Part shown: positions 13,517-22,682 of the stretch, in pieces
Layout: every line of letters begins with the position of its first letter
Position numbering within the stretch: the stretch's first letter is position 1
Source of the DNA: an uncultured Candidatus Saccharibacteria bacterium
GTDB taxonomy: Bacteria; Patescibacteriota; Minisyncoccia; Phycocordibacterales; CAYGLL01
NCBI GenBank assembly: GCA_964350935.1
Contig: CAYGLL010000012.1
Location: 4,159-28,158 of the forward strand
Length of the DNA: 24,000 nt
Direction of reading: 5' to 3'
The notes under the pieces: generated by a model
What the model was told of the DNA's origin: nothing
What the model saw: only the letters and a program-made list of their open reading frames with translations
Database searches by the model: none
Translations under genes and position numbers: made by a program

Positions 13517-14209
13517 ATGAGCATACAACGCGTACTACTAAAATTATCCGGTGAGCAGTTTGCGGGAAAGAGTCAACTTGGGATTGATTCAATTTTTTTA
13601 TCTGAACTCGCAACCGAGCTCAAAGAGGTGGTTTCAAAAAACGGCGCGCAGGTCGTGATTGTAGTTGGCGGCGGCAACTTTTTACGTGGAGCGACACTCG
13701 CTAAAAAAGAACTCTCCATCGAACGATCGACGGCTGACTACATGGGAATGCTTGCGACGATCATAAACGGAATGGCGTTGGTTGATATTCTTGAGAAGAC
13801 GGGGCAACCCGCACGCTTGCAAACGCGTTTGCGCTGCGACAACGTAGCGGAACAATATATCAGACGAAGAGCTATCAGGCATTTGGAAAAGGGCCGCGTC
13901 GTCATAATCGCCGGCGGAACAGGAAATCCTTTCGTGACGACTGATACCGCGGCGGTGTCTGCGGCGCTTGAACTTGATTGCGAATTGGTCCTCAAGGCAA
14001 CAAAAGTTGACGGCGTCTATACGAAAGACCCTAAGAAGTATCCTGACGCGGAGAAAATCCACAAAATATCTTTCCTTGATGTAATGGACAATGCCGCCAT
14101 TTCTCTCGCCATGGATAATAAATTGCCTGTTAGAGTATTCGACTTATTGAGCAAAGGAAATATTGGAAAAATTATTAACGGAGAAGAAATAGGAACTCTC
14201 ATTTCTTAA
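13517..14209 (+). CDS. pyrH: UMP kinase
   Basis: VLLKLSGE, VVIVVGGGNFLRG, DYMGMLATIINGMAL and AGGTGNPFVTTDTAA are PyrH (amino acid kinase fold) motifs. Confidence 0.9.
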   Translation: MSIQRVLLKLSGEQFAGKSQLGIDSIFLSELATELKEVVSKNGAQVVIVVGGGNFLRGATLAKKELSIERSTADYMGMLATIINGMALVDILEKTGQPARLQTRLRCDNVAEQYIRRRAIRHLEKGRVVIIAGGTGNPFVTTDTAAVSAALELDCELVLKATKVDGVYTKDPKKYPDAEKIHKISFLDVMDNAAISLAMDNKLPVRVFDLLSKGNIGKIINGEEIGTLIS

Positions 14210-14222
14210 CTATAGTGCGCAT

Positions 14223-14735
14223 ATGATTTTAACTCACGACGTAATTTTAAAAGAGATTGCAGCAGGAAATATTAAGATCGAGCCGTTTGATGAAAAACTT
14301 TTGGGTGCGGCTTCGTATGATCTCGCACTCGGCACGAGCCTGCGCGTATTCCACGGCCGGCCCGAATCCTATGATGTCCGTGATGACGCTGACTTCGCCC
14401 ACCTGACCGACCTTATCGAGATGACAGAAAAAGGCTACACGATGAAACCGGGCGAGGCGGTCTTGGGTGTAACCGCAGAAAAAATTACACTCGCGCCGCA
14501 CATCGCTGGTTGGCTCGAGGGCCGCAGCCGCTTTGCACGCATCGGATTAATGGTTCACATCTCATCCCCTTTCATGCAGCCGGGTATTGATAGCCACCAA
14601 GTGCTTGAAATCGCCAATCTCTCCCCCACTCCTCTCACTATTTTCCCCGGCACAAAAATCTGCCAATTCATTTTCCAATACTGTGAAGGTGAGGCCTCAT
14701 ATAAAGGCAGGTTCAGCGGACAAACAAAACCTTGA
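14223..14735 (+). CDS. dcd: dCTP deaminase (dUTPase superfamily)
   Basis: MILTHDVILKEI..G.IKIEPFDEKLLGAASYDLALG N-terminus and the GWLEGRSRFARIGL motif are typical of Dcd. Confidence 0.8.
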   Translation: MILTHDVILKEIAAGNIKIEPFDEKLLGAASYDLALGTSLRVFHGRPESYDVRDDADFAHLTDLIEMTEKGYTMKPGEAVLGVTAEKITLAPHIAGWLEGRSRFARIGLMVHISSPFMQPGIDSHQVLEIANLSPTPLTIFPGTKICQFIFQYCEGEASYKGRFSGQTKP

Positions 14736-14759
14736 CATACTTGTAGATCCGTGTAGTTT
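14732..14759 (+). promoter_or_regulatory. Sigma70-type promoter for the small Cys/His-rich ORF
   Basis: TTGACA (14732-14737, overlapping the dcd stop), 16 nt spacer, TAGTTT (14754-14759). Confidence 0.45.
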
Positions 14760-14839
14760 GGATTCAGACAAAAAACTCATTCGAATGCGTGCGCCAAAGT
14801 ATTGATGTAACGCGTTCGGCGAAGACGAAAGGAAAACAT

Positions 14840-15058
14840 ATGCCTGGATACCTCATATCCGACGAATGCCACGCCCATCGACACAGCGCCTGCAACAGCA
14901 AGACTCACACGCGTCCTTGCAGCTGTAACTGCCATAATTCAAATCCCAACAGTCCTGGTGACGGCGACGTCCAAAATGATGATGAACTGGTCGTTCGTCG
15001 TGAACGCGAGGATGAACACGTCGGCGGAGACGAAAGTGGCGGTGATGGTGGCGACTAA
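14840..15058 (+). CDS. Small Cys/His-rich protein with an acidic tail (72 aa)
   Basis: ATG 14840 has RBS cgAAAGGAAaacatATG, its own promoter and terminator. Product: MPGYLISDECHAHRHSACNSKTHTRPCSCNCHNSNPNSPGDGD...GGDESGGDGGD. Confidence 0.5.
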   Translation: MPGYLISDECHAHRHSACNSKTHTRPCSCNCHNSNPNSPGDGDVQNDDELVVRREREDEHVGGDESGGDGGD

Positions 15059-15079
15059 GATCGATTCTTCAGAGACAAA

Positions 15080-15106
15080 GGCAAGCCAACGTGGCTTGCC
15101 TTTTTT
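15080..15106 (+). terminator. Intrinsic terminator
   Basis: GGCAAGCC-aacgt-GGCTTGCC followed by TTTTTT. Confidence 0.8.
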
Positions 15107-15165
15107 AGTGCAGACGATAGACTCCGGCACAGAAACAAAGAACAACTTACAGAAAGAACATTGAT

Positions 15166-16482
15166 ATGAAGACCTTGGTAATCGACGGCGGTGCACGTGG
15201 GCACGCGATTGTGTCAGGATTGGCGCGCTCTCCTCTGGTCACAAAAATCTGGTGCGCGCCGGGTAACGCTGGAACAGAAACGGAAAAAATCGGTGGCGGG
15301 TGGTTTTACGCAAACAATGAACAGATCCCCGCACACGATGTCGAGGAGTTGGTAAAGTTTGCACTCGAACACAAGCCCGACCTGACAGTCGTTGGATCCG
15401 AAGTGCCGCTCTCACTTGGGTTGGTCGACCGGTTACAGAAACTCGGCTTAAAGGTATTCGGACCAAGCCAGCGTGCGGCGCTCTTTGAATCGTCAAAGAT
15501 TTTTGCTCACAACTTTATGAAGCGCTGGCGTATTCCCTCTCCTGAAGGACGCGGCTTCGATTGCCCGCGTGAGGCATTGGCGTACGCACACGGACTGTTT
15601 GATGACTACGCAGAGTGCGTTGTCAAAGCTGACGGACTGGCCGCAGGTAAAGGAGCGCGGATATGCTTAAGCCGTGTAGAAGCCCGCGAAGCAATTCGTG
15701 AAAGTATGATCGAAAACAAGTTCGGTGCAGCCGGACATCGCGTACTGATTCAACAAAAAGTGCGTGGCGTAGAATGCTCTGAACATATCCTTTTCGACGG
15801 AACAACCTTGTGTCGGTTTCCAAAATCACACGATTACAAACGTCTACTCGACGATGATGAGGGGCCAATGACCGGGGGTATGGGAGCATATTCACTGGGA
15901 ACACCTGAACCGCTGATCTCAATGACTGGACGACACATTTTGGAGCCATGGCGGGAAGGCTGCGAGGCAGAAGAAATTACCTATCGTGGGCTTCTCTATC
16001 CCGGACTTATGGTTAGCGACCAGAATAGCGAAACTGGATATAATGTCCTCGAGTTCAACTCTCGTTTTGGAGACCCTGAAACTGAGGTCTACATACCTCG
16101 CCTTGAAAGCGATCTCGCCGAACTCTTACTTGCCGTTGTTGAGGGAAATCTCAACAAAATCAACATCTGCTGGTCGAGTGATGCATGCGTCGGCGTTGTC
16201 ATGGCAACCCGCGAGTACCCCAATCCAAGCGTGAGAGGCCATCCGATTACTGGCATCTCAGACGCAAACAAGATCAAAGGTGTGAAAGTCTTCCATGCAA
16301 GTACCTTCTTTTCAGACACCCACGATAAACATAAAGGGTATCATGCCGGCGAAGGACGAGTTCTCGTCGTTACCGGCAAAGGACCGACGCTCGAATCGGC
16401 GCGGCAAACCGCTTACGCTGGAGTTGAATGTATCAAGTTCGAAGGCATGCAGTACCGCAAAAAAATTGCTCTTCTCCAATAG
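15166..16482 (+). CDS. purD: Phosphoribosylamine--glycine ligase
   Basis: MKTLVIDGGARGHAIVSGLARSPLV.KIWCAPGNAG N-terminus, ATP-grasp core (VVKADGLAAGKG) and the LEFNSRFGDPE motif. Confidence 0.85.
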   Translation: MKTLVIDGGARGHAIVSGLARSPLVTKIWCAPGNAGTETEKIGGGWFYANNEQIPAHDVEELVKFALEHKPDLTVVGSEVPLSLGLVDRLQKLGLKVFGPSQRAALFESSKIFAHNFMKRWRIPSPEGRGFDCPREALAYAHGLFDDYAECVVKADGLAAGKGARICLSRVEAREAIRESMIENKFGAAGHRVLIQQKVRGVECSEHILFDGTTLCRFPKSHDYKRLLDDDEGPMTGGMGAYSLGTPEPLISMTGRHILEPWREGCEAEEITYRGLLYPGLMVSDQNSETGYNVLEFNSRFGDPETEVYIPRLESDLAELLLAVVEGNLNKINICWSSDACVGVVMATREYPNPSVRGHPITGISDANKIKGVKVFHASTFFSDTHDKHKGYHAGEGRVLVVTGKGPTLESARQTAYAGVECIKFEGMQYRKKIALLQ

Positions 16483-16489
16483 TTGATTT

Positions 16490-16524
16490 GCCCGGCGCGA
16501 AAATCGCGCCGGGCTTTTTCTTTT
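16490..16524 (+). terminator. Intrinsic terminator
   Basis: GCCCGGCGCG-aaaa-TCGCGCCGGGC followed by TTTTTCTTTT. Confidence 0.85.
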
Positions 16525-16578
16525 CCACGCCTTCTGTTAGTATCGCGGGAGAAAAGAACTTCAACAAAAGGAATACAT

Positions 16579-17631
16579 ATGATCTTACGTGGAACTGACT
16601 TCGGCCATGTGTGGCAAGCTTCGGGCAGCACAAACTTCGACGAAAAAGGCTGGTGGTACCACGGACGTGGACTACTTCGCCCTCTCAAACCCCTGATTAA
16701 AATGGCAGGCCTCGACTTTAGAGGCTCGACCTTTGTCAGCAAGACAACCACCCTCAAACCGCGCGAGGGCAACATGCCGCTTAAAGACGACGGAATGACA
16801 CCTGAAGAGTGGATGCCTCGGTGCATTCATGTGAACCGAAAAACACATGCGGCAGTAAATGCCGTTGGTCTTTCGGGACCGGGTCTCGACTTTCTACTCG
16901 AATCGGGTGTGTGGCAAAAGCGGACCGCACCATTTTTCATCTCTTTGATGTCACTCGCGCCAACAGCTCGGGAACGTCTGGCTGAATTGAGTAGTTGCAC
17001 ACTCCGGCTCACAAATGAAAAGGGAAAATTCAAAACACCTTTCGGCATTCAAGTGAACTTCTCGTGCCCCAACGGTGGAATCAACCCAGCGGATTTGATC
17101 AAGGAGGTTAAACCCTGTCTTGATGTTCTCGCTATGCTCGAGGTGCCGATTGCCGCAAAGTTTGGCCCTGACCTTTCGATTGAGGCCGCACTCGAAATTG
17201 AAAAACATCCAGCGCTTGACGCATTCTGTGTCTTCAACACTATTCCCTGGGACAAGCTCCCTGACAATGAGAAAGTACAATACTTCGGCTCAACAACATC
17301 ACCTTTGGTCAAACACCTCGGTGAAAAATTTAAGGGCGGCGTCTCGGGTGAACCTCTGCTGAGACGTGTGATTGACTGGATTGCTGCGGCACGCAAAGCC
17401 GGCCTCAAAAAGCCGGTCAACGGTGGAGGAGGAATTCTTTCTCCCTACGATGCTAAGTGCGTCATGATGGCGGGAGCAAACTCTGTTTCTCTTGGATCAA
17501 TTGCCTTCCTTGCTCCAACACAAGTTGGGCATACCATACGGGAAACAATAATATGGGTACGTGAACAAGAAAGACAACGAGCGCGCATGCGCACAATGAA
17601 ATACGAGGAGCCCACTGAAGCAGAACTCTGA
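16579..17631 (+). CDS. pyrD: Dihydroorotate dehydrogenase-like flavoprotein (class 1 DHOD family TIM barrel)
   Basis: AVNAVGLSGPG, NFSCPNGG and GGGGILSPYDAKCVMMAGANSVSLGS match the DHOD/DPD family motifs, and the gene neighbours pyrC. I prefer ATG 16579 (RBS aAAAGGAAtacatATG), because the track start 16483 overlaps the purD terminator. Confidence 0.6.
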   Translation: MILRGTDFGHVWQASGSTNFDEKGWWYHGRGLLRPLKPLIKMAGLDFRGSTFVSKTTTLKPREGNMPLKDDGMTPEEWMPRCIHVNRKTHAAVNAVGLSGPGLDFLLESGVWQKRTAPFFISLMSLAPTARERLAELSSCTLRLTNEKGKFKTPFGIQVNFSCPNGGINPADLIKEVKPCLDVLAMLEVPIAAKFGPDLSIEAALEIEKHPALDAFCVFNTIPWDKLPDNEKVQYFGSTTSPLVKHLGEKFKGGVSGEPLLRRVIDWIAAARKAGLKKPVNGGGGILSPYDAKCVMMAGANSVSLGSIAFLAPTQVGHTIRETIIWVREQERQRARMRTMKYEEPTEAEL

Positions 17632-17639
17632 TCACTACG

Positions 17640-17668
17640 ACGGCTCCGCCATGCGGAGCCGTTTTTTA
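17640..17668 (+). terminator. Intrinsic terminator
   Basis: CGGCTCCGC-cat-GCGGAGCCG followed by TTTTTTATT. Confidence 0.8.
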
Positions 17669-17697
17669 TTGCCATTTCTCCAAGCTCCCTGTAGTAT
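17669..17697 (+). promoter_or_regulatory. Sigma70-type promoter for pyrC
   Basis: TTGCCA (17669-17674), 17 nt spacer, TAGTAT (17692-17697). A similar cTGTtAGTATCG string precedes pyrD at 16534-16545. Confidence 0.45.
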
Positions 17698-17732
17698 CGG
17701 ACCAGACCTGAACACAAACAAAGGAATATTCT

Positions 17733-18815
17733 ATGAACTCCAAACGCAAGAAGTCTAAGTCACTCATTTTCACAGTCATCGTCGAAGCCCTGGCAAACAT
17801 TCACTGGCACGGGCGTGAGCTTGGCCAAGTAATGAAAGCTCTCATTCGAGAGGCAAAAAATGGCGGAGCCGATGTGCTCCTGCCAATGCCAAATACTCTG
17901 AAGCCACTCTCGACTGCCGAACAGGTGATCCACTACGTCGGAGAAGCGGAAGATCACCACACTTCTCCGAGAGACTCAGTGCGCTTCATACCAACCGTTA
18001 TGCTGACGGAAAACACCAATCGAGAAGAGCTTGAATTGTGTAAAAAGCACCACATCTCCGACGGGAAAATCTATCCCTTCATGCGCACAACACAGTCCGA
18101 ACACGGCGTTAGGCGATATGGAAAAATCCTTCAGGTAGTGAAATGGTGTGGCGAACTCGGGATCAGAGTGCATGTGCACTTCGAACATCCTGATCCAGTT
18201 TACATTGACCGTGATGCCGAGTACCTTTGTCTGCCGATCGCGCAGATGTTTCTCGAGGAAACTGACGCAACAATCATCTGGGAACACGGCTCTGACAGTC
18301 GCTGTATTGCGGCATGGAAAAAGTTTGCAAAAACCGGGCGCTTCTACGTTACCCTCACTGCGCACCATCTCGCCTCGAATGAGGACAAAGCATCCGGAGA
18401 CATCCGCAAACGCTGTCGTCCGCTTATCAAAACGGAGCTCGATCGTACGGCACTCGTTCAGTTCGTCTCTGAAGATCACTCCTGGGTTATGGCTGGAGGC
18501 GACGACGCGGCACACGATGCGGGGAAAAAGCATGTCCACCACGGGCAATGCGCCTGTGGGGCATTCACGTCGCCATTTCTGCATCAGCTCTACGCACACG
18601 CGCTCTCCCGCCTTTTAGAAAGTAAGCGTGGTGTCCAAACATACGTGAACTTCACGAGTCGTAACGCACGGAGATTGCATGGGTTACCTCCCGCGTCGCG
18701 AATGGTGAAGTTGGTGAAGAAATCTTTCACTATTCCCGACTCCTACAAGATTGGTCCCTGGACGGTTGAACCTTTCGGGGCCAAAGAAACCATCGATTGG
18801 AGCCTCGTGGAATAG
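17733..18815 (+). CDS. pyrC: Dihydroorotase (E. coli PyrC-like homodimeric type)
   Basis: From memory it is colinear with E. coli PyrC: NIHWHGRE...LLPMPNTLKP (DWHLHLRD...IVMPNLAPP), VHVHFEH, WEHGSD, TAHHL, AGGDDAAHDAGKKH..CACGAF ([23 protein letters not shown]). Confidence 0.75.
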   Translation: MNSKRKKSKSLIFTVIVEALANIHWHGRELGQVMKALIREAKNGGADVLLPMPNTLKPLSTAEQVIHYVGEAEDHHTSPRDSVRFIPTVMLTENTNREELELCKKHHISDGKIYPFMRTTQSEHGVRRYGKILQVVKWCGELGIRVHVHFEHPDPVYIDRDAEYLCLPIAQMFLEETDATIIWEHGSDSRCIAAWKKFAKTGRFYVTLTAHHLASNEDKASGDIRKRCRPLIKTELDRTALVQFVSEDHSWVMAGGDDAAHDAGKKHVHHGQCACGAFTSPFLHQLYAHALSRLLESKRGVQTYVNFTSRNARRLHGLPPASRMVKLVKKSFTIPDSYKIGPWTVEPFGAKETIDWSLVE

Positions 18816-18844
18816 TTCACACACAGCACCCCCGCTTTGCGGGG

Positions 18845-18875
18845 GTGCTTTTTCTTACCGCAGTAAACCCCGGTC
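18845..18875 (+). terminator. Intrinsic terminator
   Basis: AGCACCCCCGC-tttg-CGGGGGTGCT followed by TTTTCTT. Confidence 0.8.
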
Positions 18876-18909
18876 GCAGCGTAGCGGAGGCCGGGGAGGA
18901 GGTCATTGT

Positions 18910-19623
18910 TTAGACGCTGAGCACAAACTTTTCGAGAGCGATATCCATATCAGAGAGTCCGCGACGTACGTTGTGATAAAAAGAAACAAGCTCATGCGCA
19001 AACTTTTCGAGTTCGCCTGATTTAAAATTCGATAAAAAACGTTTGGCATTTCGAAATGGAAAATCCCCCACACCCGCTTCTTTTGGAGTTGCTGCGGAGG
19101 AAACCAAAAGAAGCGTTTTCACCTGCCACCAGATGGTGCCGTGGATCTGTTCGTCAGCAATGCCAGCGCGGCGCGCTTCCTGAAGCAATACCCACAGACC
19201 TTTCTTATCGCGTCGGCCAAACGCATCGGCTAAAGAAAACACGTTGAACGGTCGGCCCTTTGCAACAACTTTGTCTGACTCTACAATTTCCTCGGCCGAT
19301 TTTGTAAATAATTTTAAAATATCTTTCGGGAGTTCGCGTTCAAGAAAGATAAAAACATTACTCGATTCTTGAGCAAGATCAAGTTTCTCGATAAGTTCCT
19401 CGGCAAACACTTTATTGTCACAAACGAAAGAAATAGAAATAATGAAATCTTTTTGAAACAACCCTTGTGCTCCAGCGTACTCATCGATGATGTTCGCGTT
19501 CCAATTCTCATCATTCAATGACACAACCTCAGCCGAGGGTTTCAATTTCAAAACCGCCTCGAGTTTCTTATCTCGCTTCAACGCGCTGGCGGCCACATCT
19601 CGTCCGGTAAAAAGGTAGAGCAT
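18910..19623 (-). CDS. holA: DNA polymerase III delta subunit-like protein
   Basis: Short HolA-like layout: MLYLFTGRD start, mid-region IFLERELPKD, C-terminal FSLADAFGRRDKKGLWVLLQEARRAG..EQIHGTIWWQVKTLL. It lies immediately downstream of polA. The call rests on pattern resemblance only. Confidence 0.45.
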   Translation of the reverse strand: MLYLFTGRDVAASALKRDKKLEAVLKLKPSAEVVSLNDENWNANIIDEYAGAQGLFQKDFIISISFVCDNKVFAEELIEKLDLAQESSNVFIFLERELPKDILKLFTKSAEEIVESDKVVAKGRPFNVFSLADAFGRRDKKGLWVLLQEARRAGIADEQIHGTIWWQVKTLLLVSSAATPKEAGVGDFPFRNAKRFLSNFKSGELEKFAHELVSFYHNVRRGLSDMDIALEKFVLSV

Positions 19624-19635
19624 TTTTATATCTTA

Positions 19636-20184
19636 TCACTTTTCTACAATTCCAAACTGATACTCAAAATTCTCATCATTCAAATCTTTAATGGAAAGTA
19701 GGGTCACCACAAAAGTTCGCCCCGACGTTTTTACATCCTGAACTCTTTTATCAAGGATGTTAAAAATAATAAGATCTTTCTCTTCAAATATTTGAGTGTG
19801 GCGCGCTACTCTTCCCCCATTCCGACCGTTTTCATTAGGCATATACTCTTTCCCTAAAATCGAAGGTGTCGCGTTTAGCACCAGTGAAATGTTTTCATTT
19901 GGTTTGAACCCTTTAAAAATATACACATATGGCCTTAAAGTTCCTGAATTATCAAGGTTAATAAAATTAATTTCATGAGGACCATACAAGCGCATGGTCT
20001 GATTACTGGAAAACTTAGGTTGGGATGAAGTGGAAAATATTCTGTCCACAATAACCTCTGGAATCGAAAGCAAAACACCTACGATTATGAGAATTATTAT
20101 CAACGCAACAGCGGCGAGAGTATGAGTCTTTAAATATTGGTACCACCCTACAATTATAGTCCACATTTTTTGTGGTGTTTCCAT
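19636..20184 (-). CDS. Hypothetical membrane-anchored protein (182 aa)
   Basis: Single N-terminal TM helix (LAAVALIIILIIVGVLLSI), AT-rich coding, packed between polA and the holA-like gene. Confidence 0.55.
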   Translation of the reverse strand: METPQKMWTIIVGWYQYLKTHTLAAVALIIILIIVGVLLSIPEVIVDRIFSTSSQPKFSSNQTMRLYGPHEINFINLDNSGTLRPYVYIFKGFKPNENISLVLNATPSILGKEYMPNENGRNGGRVARHTQIFEEKDLIIFNILDKRVQDVKTSGRTFVVTLLSIKDLNDENFEYQFGIVEK

Positions 20185-20193
20185 ACTTAGATT

Positions 20194-22608
20194 CTATTTT
20201 ACCTTCTCCATCTCCCCCCAGTTTTTGCCGTGATAGGCCTCCGCGAGAATAGGGACGCCTTTAATTTCCTTAGGTGCAATTACCGACTGCATAATGTTTT
20301 TGATAAGTGGCGCAACTTCTTTGACGCGAGTTTTTTTAATTTCATAGACGAGTTCGTCGTGGACCTGCAAAACAAGATGGACGTCGTCTTGAAGTTTTTC
20401 CTTTTTGATCATCTCATCAATTCGCACCATCGCAATTTTAACGATGTCGGCCTCGGTGCCTTGAATCGGTGCGTTCACTGCCATGCGTTCAGCTGACGCA
20501 CGGATAAAAGGAATCTTTGATTTGATTCCTTCGAAATAACGGCGGCGACCAAAAAATGTCTCAGTGTAACCTTGTCGCATAGCCGTCGCTTTCACTTCAT
20601 CCAGATATGTTGCAAGCGTGCTGAATGTTTTGAAATAGTCATCATAAAACTTTTGTGCTTCGGCACGACTAACTGCCACCGTCTCGGTGGTCAGGTTTGC
20701 TTTGAGTGCATTTACACCCATGCCGTAGATAATACCAAAGTTGATAACCTTCGCCCGGCGGCGCATTTCGTAATCAACCTTGTCGGGGGAAACTCCAAAC
20801 ACCTCCGCCGCAACTGACGTATGAATATCCTCGCCGTTCTTAAATATTTGAATGAGTTTTGCATCGCCTGAAAGAAATGCCGCAACGCGAAGCTGGATCT
20901 GCGAATAATCAAAAGAAACAACCTCACAATCTTTCTCGGCAATGAAAGCATTTCGAATTCTCTCCCCCCGCTTACTCCGGATGGGGATGTTTTGCAGTCC
21001 TGGATTGTGTGACGACATTCTTCCCGTCGCTGAACCTTCCTGTTGAAAGGTCGCGTGCAGGCGATTGTTCGGGTCGAGAAGTTCGGGGATCGCATCAATG
21101 TACGTTCCTAGAAGTTTGGCGATCTCGCGATACTCGAGGATATGCGCAATGATCGGGTGGCGATCTCGCAGTTTCTCAAGCTCAGACTCTTTAGTAGACA
21201 TTGCGCCGCCTGCGGTCTTTTTTTGATTCTTCGCCTTGAGCCCAAGCTTCTCGAAAAGAATGATGCCGAGCTGTTTTGGCGAAGCCACGTTGAACTCCTC
21301 GCCAGCGAGTTTGATGATCTTCTTTTCGATCGCTTTGAGTTCCCTTGTGTATTCCTTCGAAAGTTCACCGAGATAGTCTTTGTCAATTTTGACCCCGTAG
21401 TGATTCATTTCGTCAACGACAGGAATCAGGGGTTTCTCTATCTCATCAAAAACTTTTTGACCGCCACGTTTTTTAAGTTCACCCATAACAACTTCTTGTG
21501 CCTCGGCAAAAGTATCCTTTTGCGCAAATGTTTTTATATCCGAAAGTTCCGGCGTTGTAATGTTCGAATCAGCAACCCAGAGTGCTAAGGCCGTCTCGCG
21601 CAACTCCTTCGGGTCAACCTTCTCTTCCTCGGCTGGAATCTCCTTCACTTTTTCTTTTGGTGACTCCGCTTCCGGGGCAACTTTGCCGGAAAGAAGTTCC
21701 TTTACCCTGTTACCGAGCGTCCGGAACTCAAGCTCGGCAAACAGTTTCTCAATATCTTTTATATCAATATTTTCCCGCCACACTTTTTCAGGCAGCGAAA
21801 ACTCAATCGGCGCATCACGGCGGATTGTTCCGAGCATCTTACTAAAAAGCGCCTCCTCTTCACCTGCTGTGATAAGTTCAACAGCCTTAGGTTTGATACC
21901 GGCTTCTTTCAAGGCATTTGAGTCTTTCTTGATGACCTTATACATTTCCTCGATCGTGCCGAACTTTTGAATGAGCGTTGTCGCGGTCTTGTCGCCAATT
22001 CCTTTAATACCGGGAATGTTATCGGATGAATCCCCCGCAAGACCTTTGTAGTCAGTGAGCTGAAGCGGAGCAAAGCCGTACTTTGCATTTACCGCCGCCT
22101 CATCATAGAGAATTGTGTCGTTGATACCTTTTTTCAGCGTAAAGACCTGAACTTTTCCGTCATCAATAAGCTGAAGCGTGTCGCTGTCGCCTGAAGCAAT
22201 AATAATTTTTACGTGCGGATCTTTTTTCAGACGCTCAGCAATTGTTCCTAAAAGATCGTCCGCTTCAAAACCCTCGAGATCGTAAATGGGAATGTGAAAT
22301 GCTGTGAAAACATCGCGAGCACGCTTGAGTTGAGCGACAAGTTCATCGTCAGTTTTTCTACGTCCGGCTTTATATCCCTCAAACGCTTCATGACGGTAAG
22401 TTGGTTTCGGGAGATCAAAACACGCGGCCAAATAGTCGGGTTTAAGGTCGCCGATGATCTTGATGAGCATCGAGGAGAGTCCGTAGAGGGCACCGGTTGG
22501 CTCCCCTTTCGACGAAGCAAAATCCGGTAGCGCGTGGTATGCACGATGAATAATCGCGTGCGCATCAAGTAAAACAAGAAGTTTCTTTTCGGCCGTCTCT
22601 TTCGACAT
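20194..22608 (-). CDS. polA: DNA polymerase I
   Basis: N-terminal 5'-3' exonuclease (LLVLLDAHAIIHRAYHALP, GIPGIKGIGDKTA). C-terminal family A polymerase motifs (DYSQIQLRV, RRRAKVINFGIIYGM, QVHDELVYE). 804 aa. Confidence 0.9.
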   Translation of the reverse strand: MSKETAEKKLLVLLDAHAIIHRAYHALPDFASSKGEPTGALYGLSSMLIKIIGDLKPDYLAACFDLPKPTYRHEAFEGYKAGRRKTDDELVAQLKRARDVFTAFHIPIYDLEGFEADDLLGTIAERLKKDPHVKIIIASGDSDTLQLIDDGKVQVFTLKKGINDTILYDEAAVNAKYGFAPLQLTDYKGLAGDSSDNIPGIKGIGDKTATTLIQKFGTIEEMYKVIKKDSNALKEAGIKPKAVELITAGEEEALFSKMLGTIRRDAPIEFSLPEKVWRENIDIKDIEKLFAELEFRTLGNRVKELLSGKVAPEAESPKEKVKEIPAEEEKVDPKELRETALALWVADSNITTPELSDIKTFAQKDTFAEAQEVVMGELKKRGGQKVFDEIEKPLIPVVDEMNHYGVKIDKDYLGELSKEYTRELKAIEKKIIKLAGEEFNVASPKQLGIILFEKLGLKAKNQKKTAGGAMSTKESELEKLRDRHPIIAHILEYREIAKLLGTYIDAIPELLDPNNRLHATFQQEGSATGRMSSHNPGLQNIPIRSKRGERIRNAFIAEKDCEVVSFDYSQIQLRVAAFLSGDAKLIQIFKNGEDIHTSVAAEVFGVSPDKVDYEMRRRAKVINFGIIYGMGVNALKANLTTETVAVSRAEAQKFYDDYFKTFSTLATYLDEVKATAMRQGYTETFFGRRRYFEGIKSKIPFIRASAERMAVNAPIQGTEADIVKIAMVRIDEMIKKEKLQDDVHLVLQVHDELVYEIKKTRVKEVAPLIKNIMQSVIAPKEIKGVPILAEAYHGKNWGEMEKVK

Positions 22609-22629
22609 GACGACATTTTACCACTTTTA

Positions 22630-22669
22630 GAAAAAGAAAAAGCCCCGCCGAATCGAAATTCGGCGGGGC
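22630..22669 (-). terminator. Intrinsic terminator of the 22683..23375 gene
   Basis: Minus strand GCCCCGCCGAAU-uucga-UUCGGCGGGGC followed by UUUUUCUUUUUC. Confidence 0.8.
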
Positions 22670-22682
22670 ATGCAAACAAAAA

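Noticed and set aside
15166-16482. Apparently solitary purD among pyrimidine genes as evidence of an unusual pathway
   Set aside because: This cannot be judged from a 24-kb window, because the remaining pur genes may lie elsewhere in the genome.
20194-22608. Short DNA polymerase I (804 aa), possibly lacking the 3'-5' exonuclease domain, as an anomaly
   Set aside because: Family A polymerases of about 800-830 aa with reduced or inactive proofreading domains are common. This is not distinctive without an alignment.
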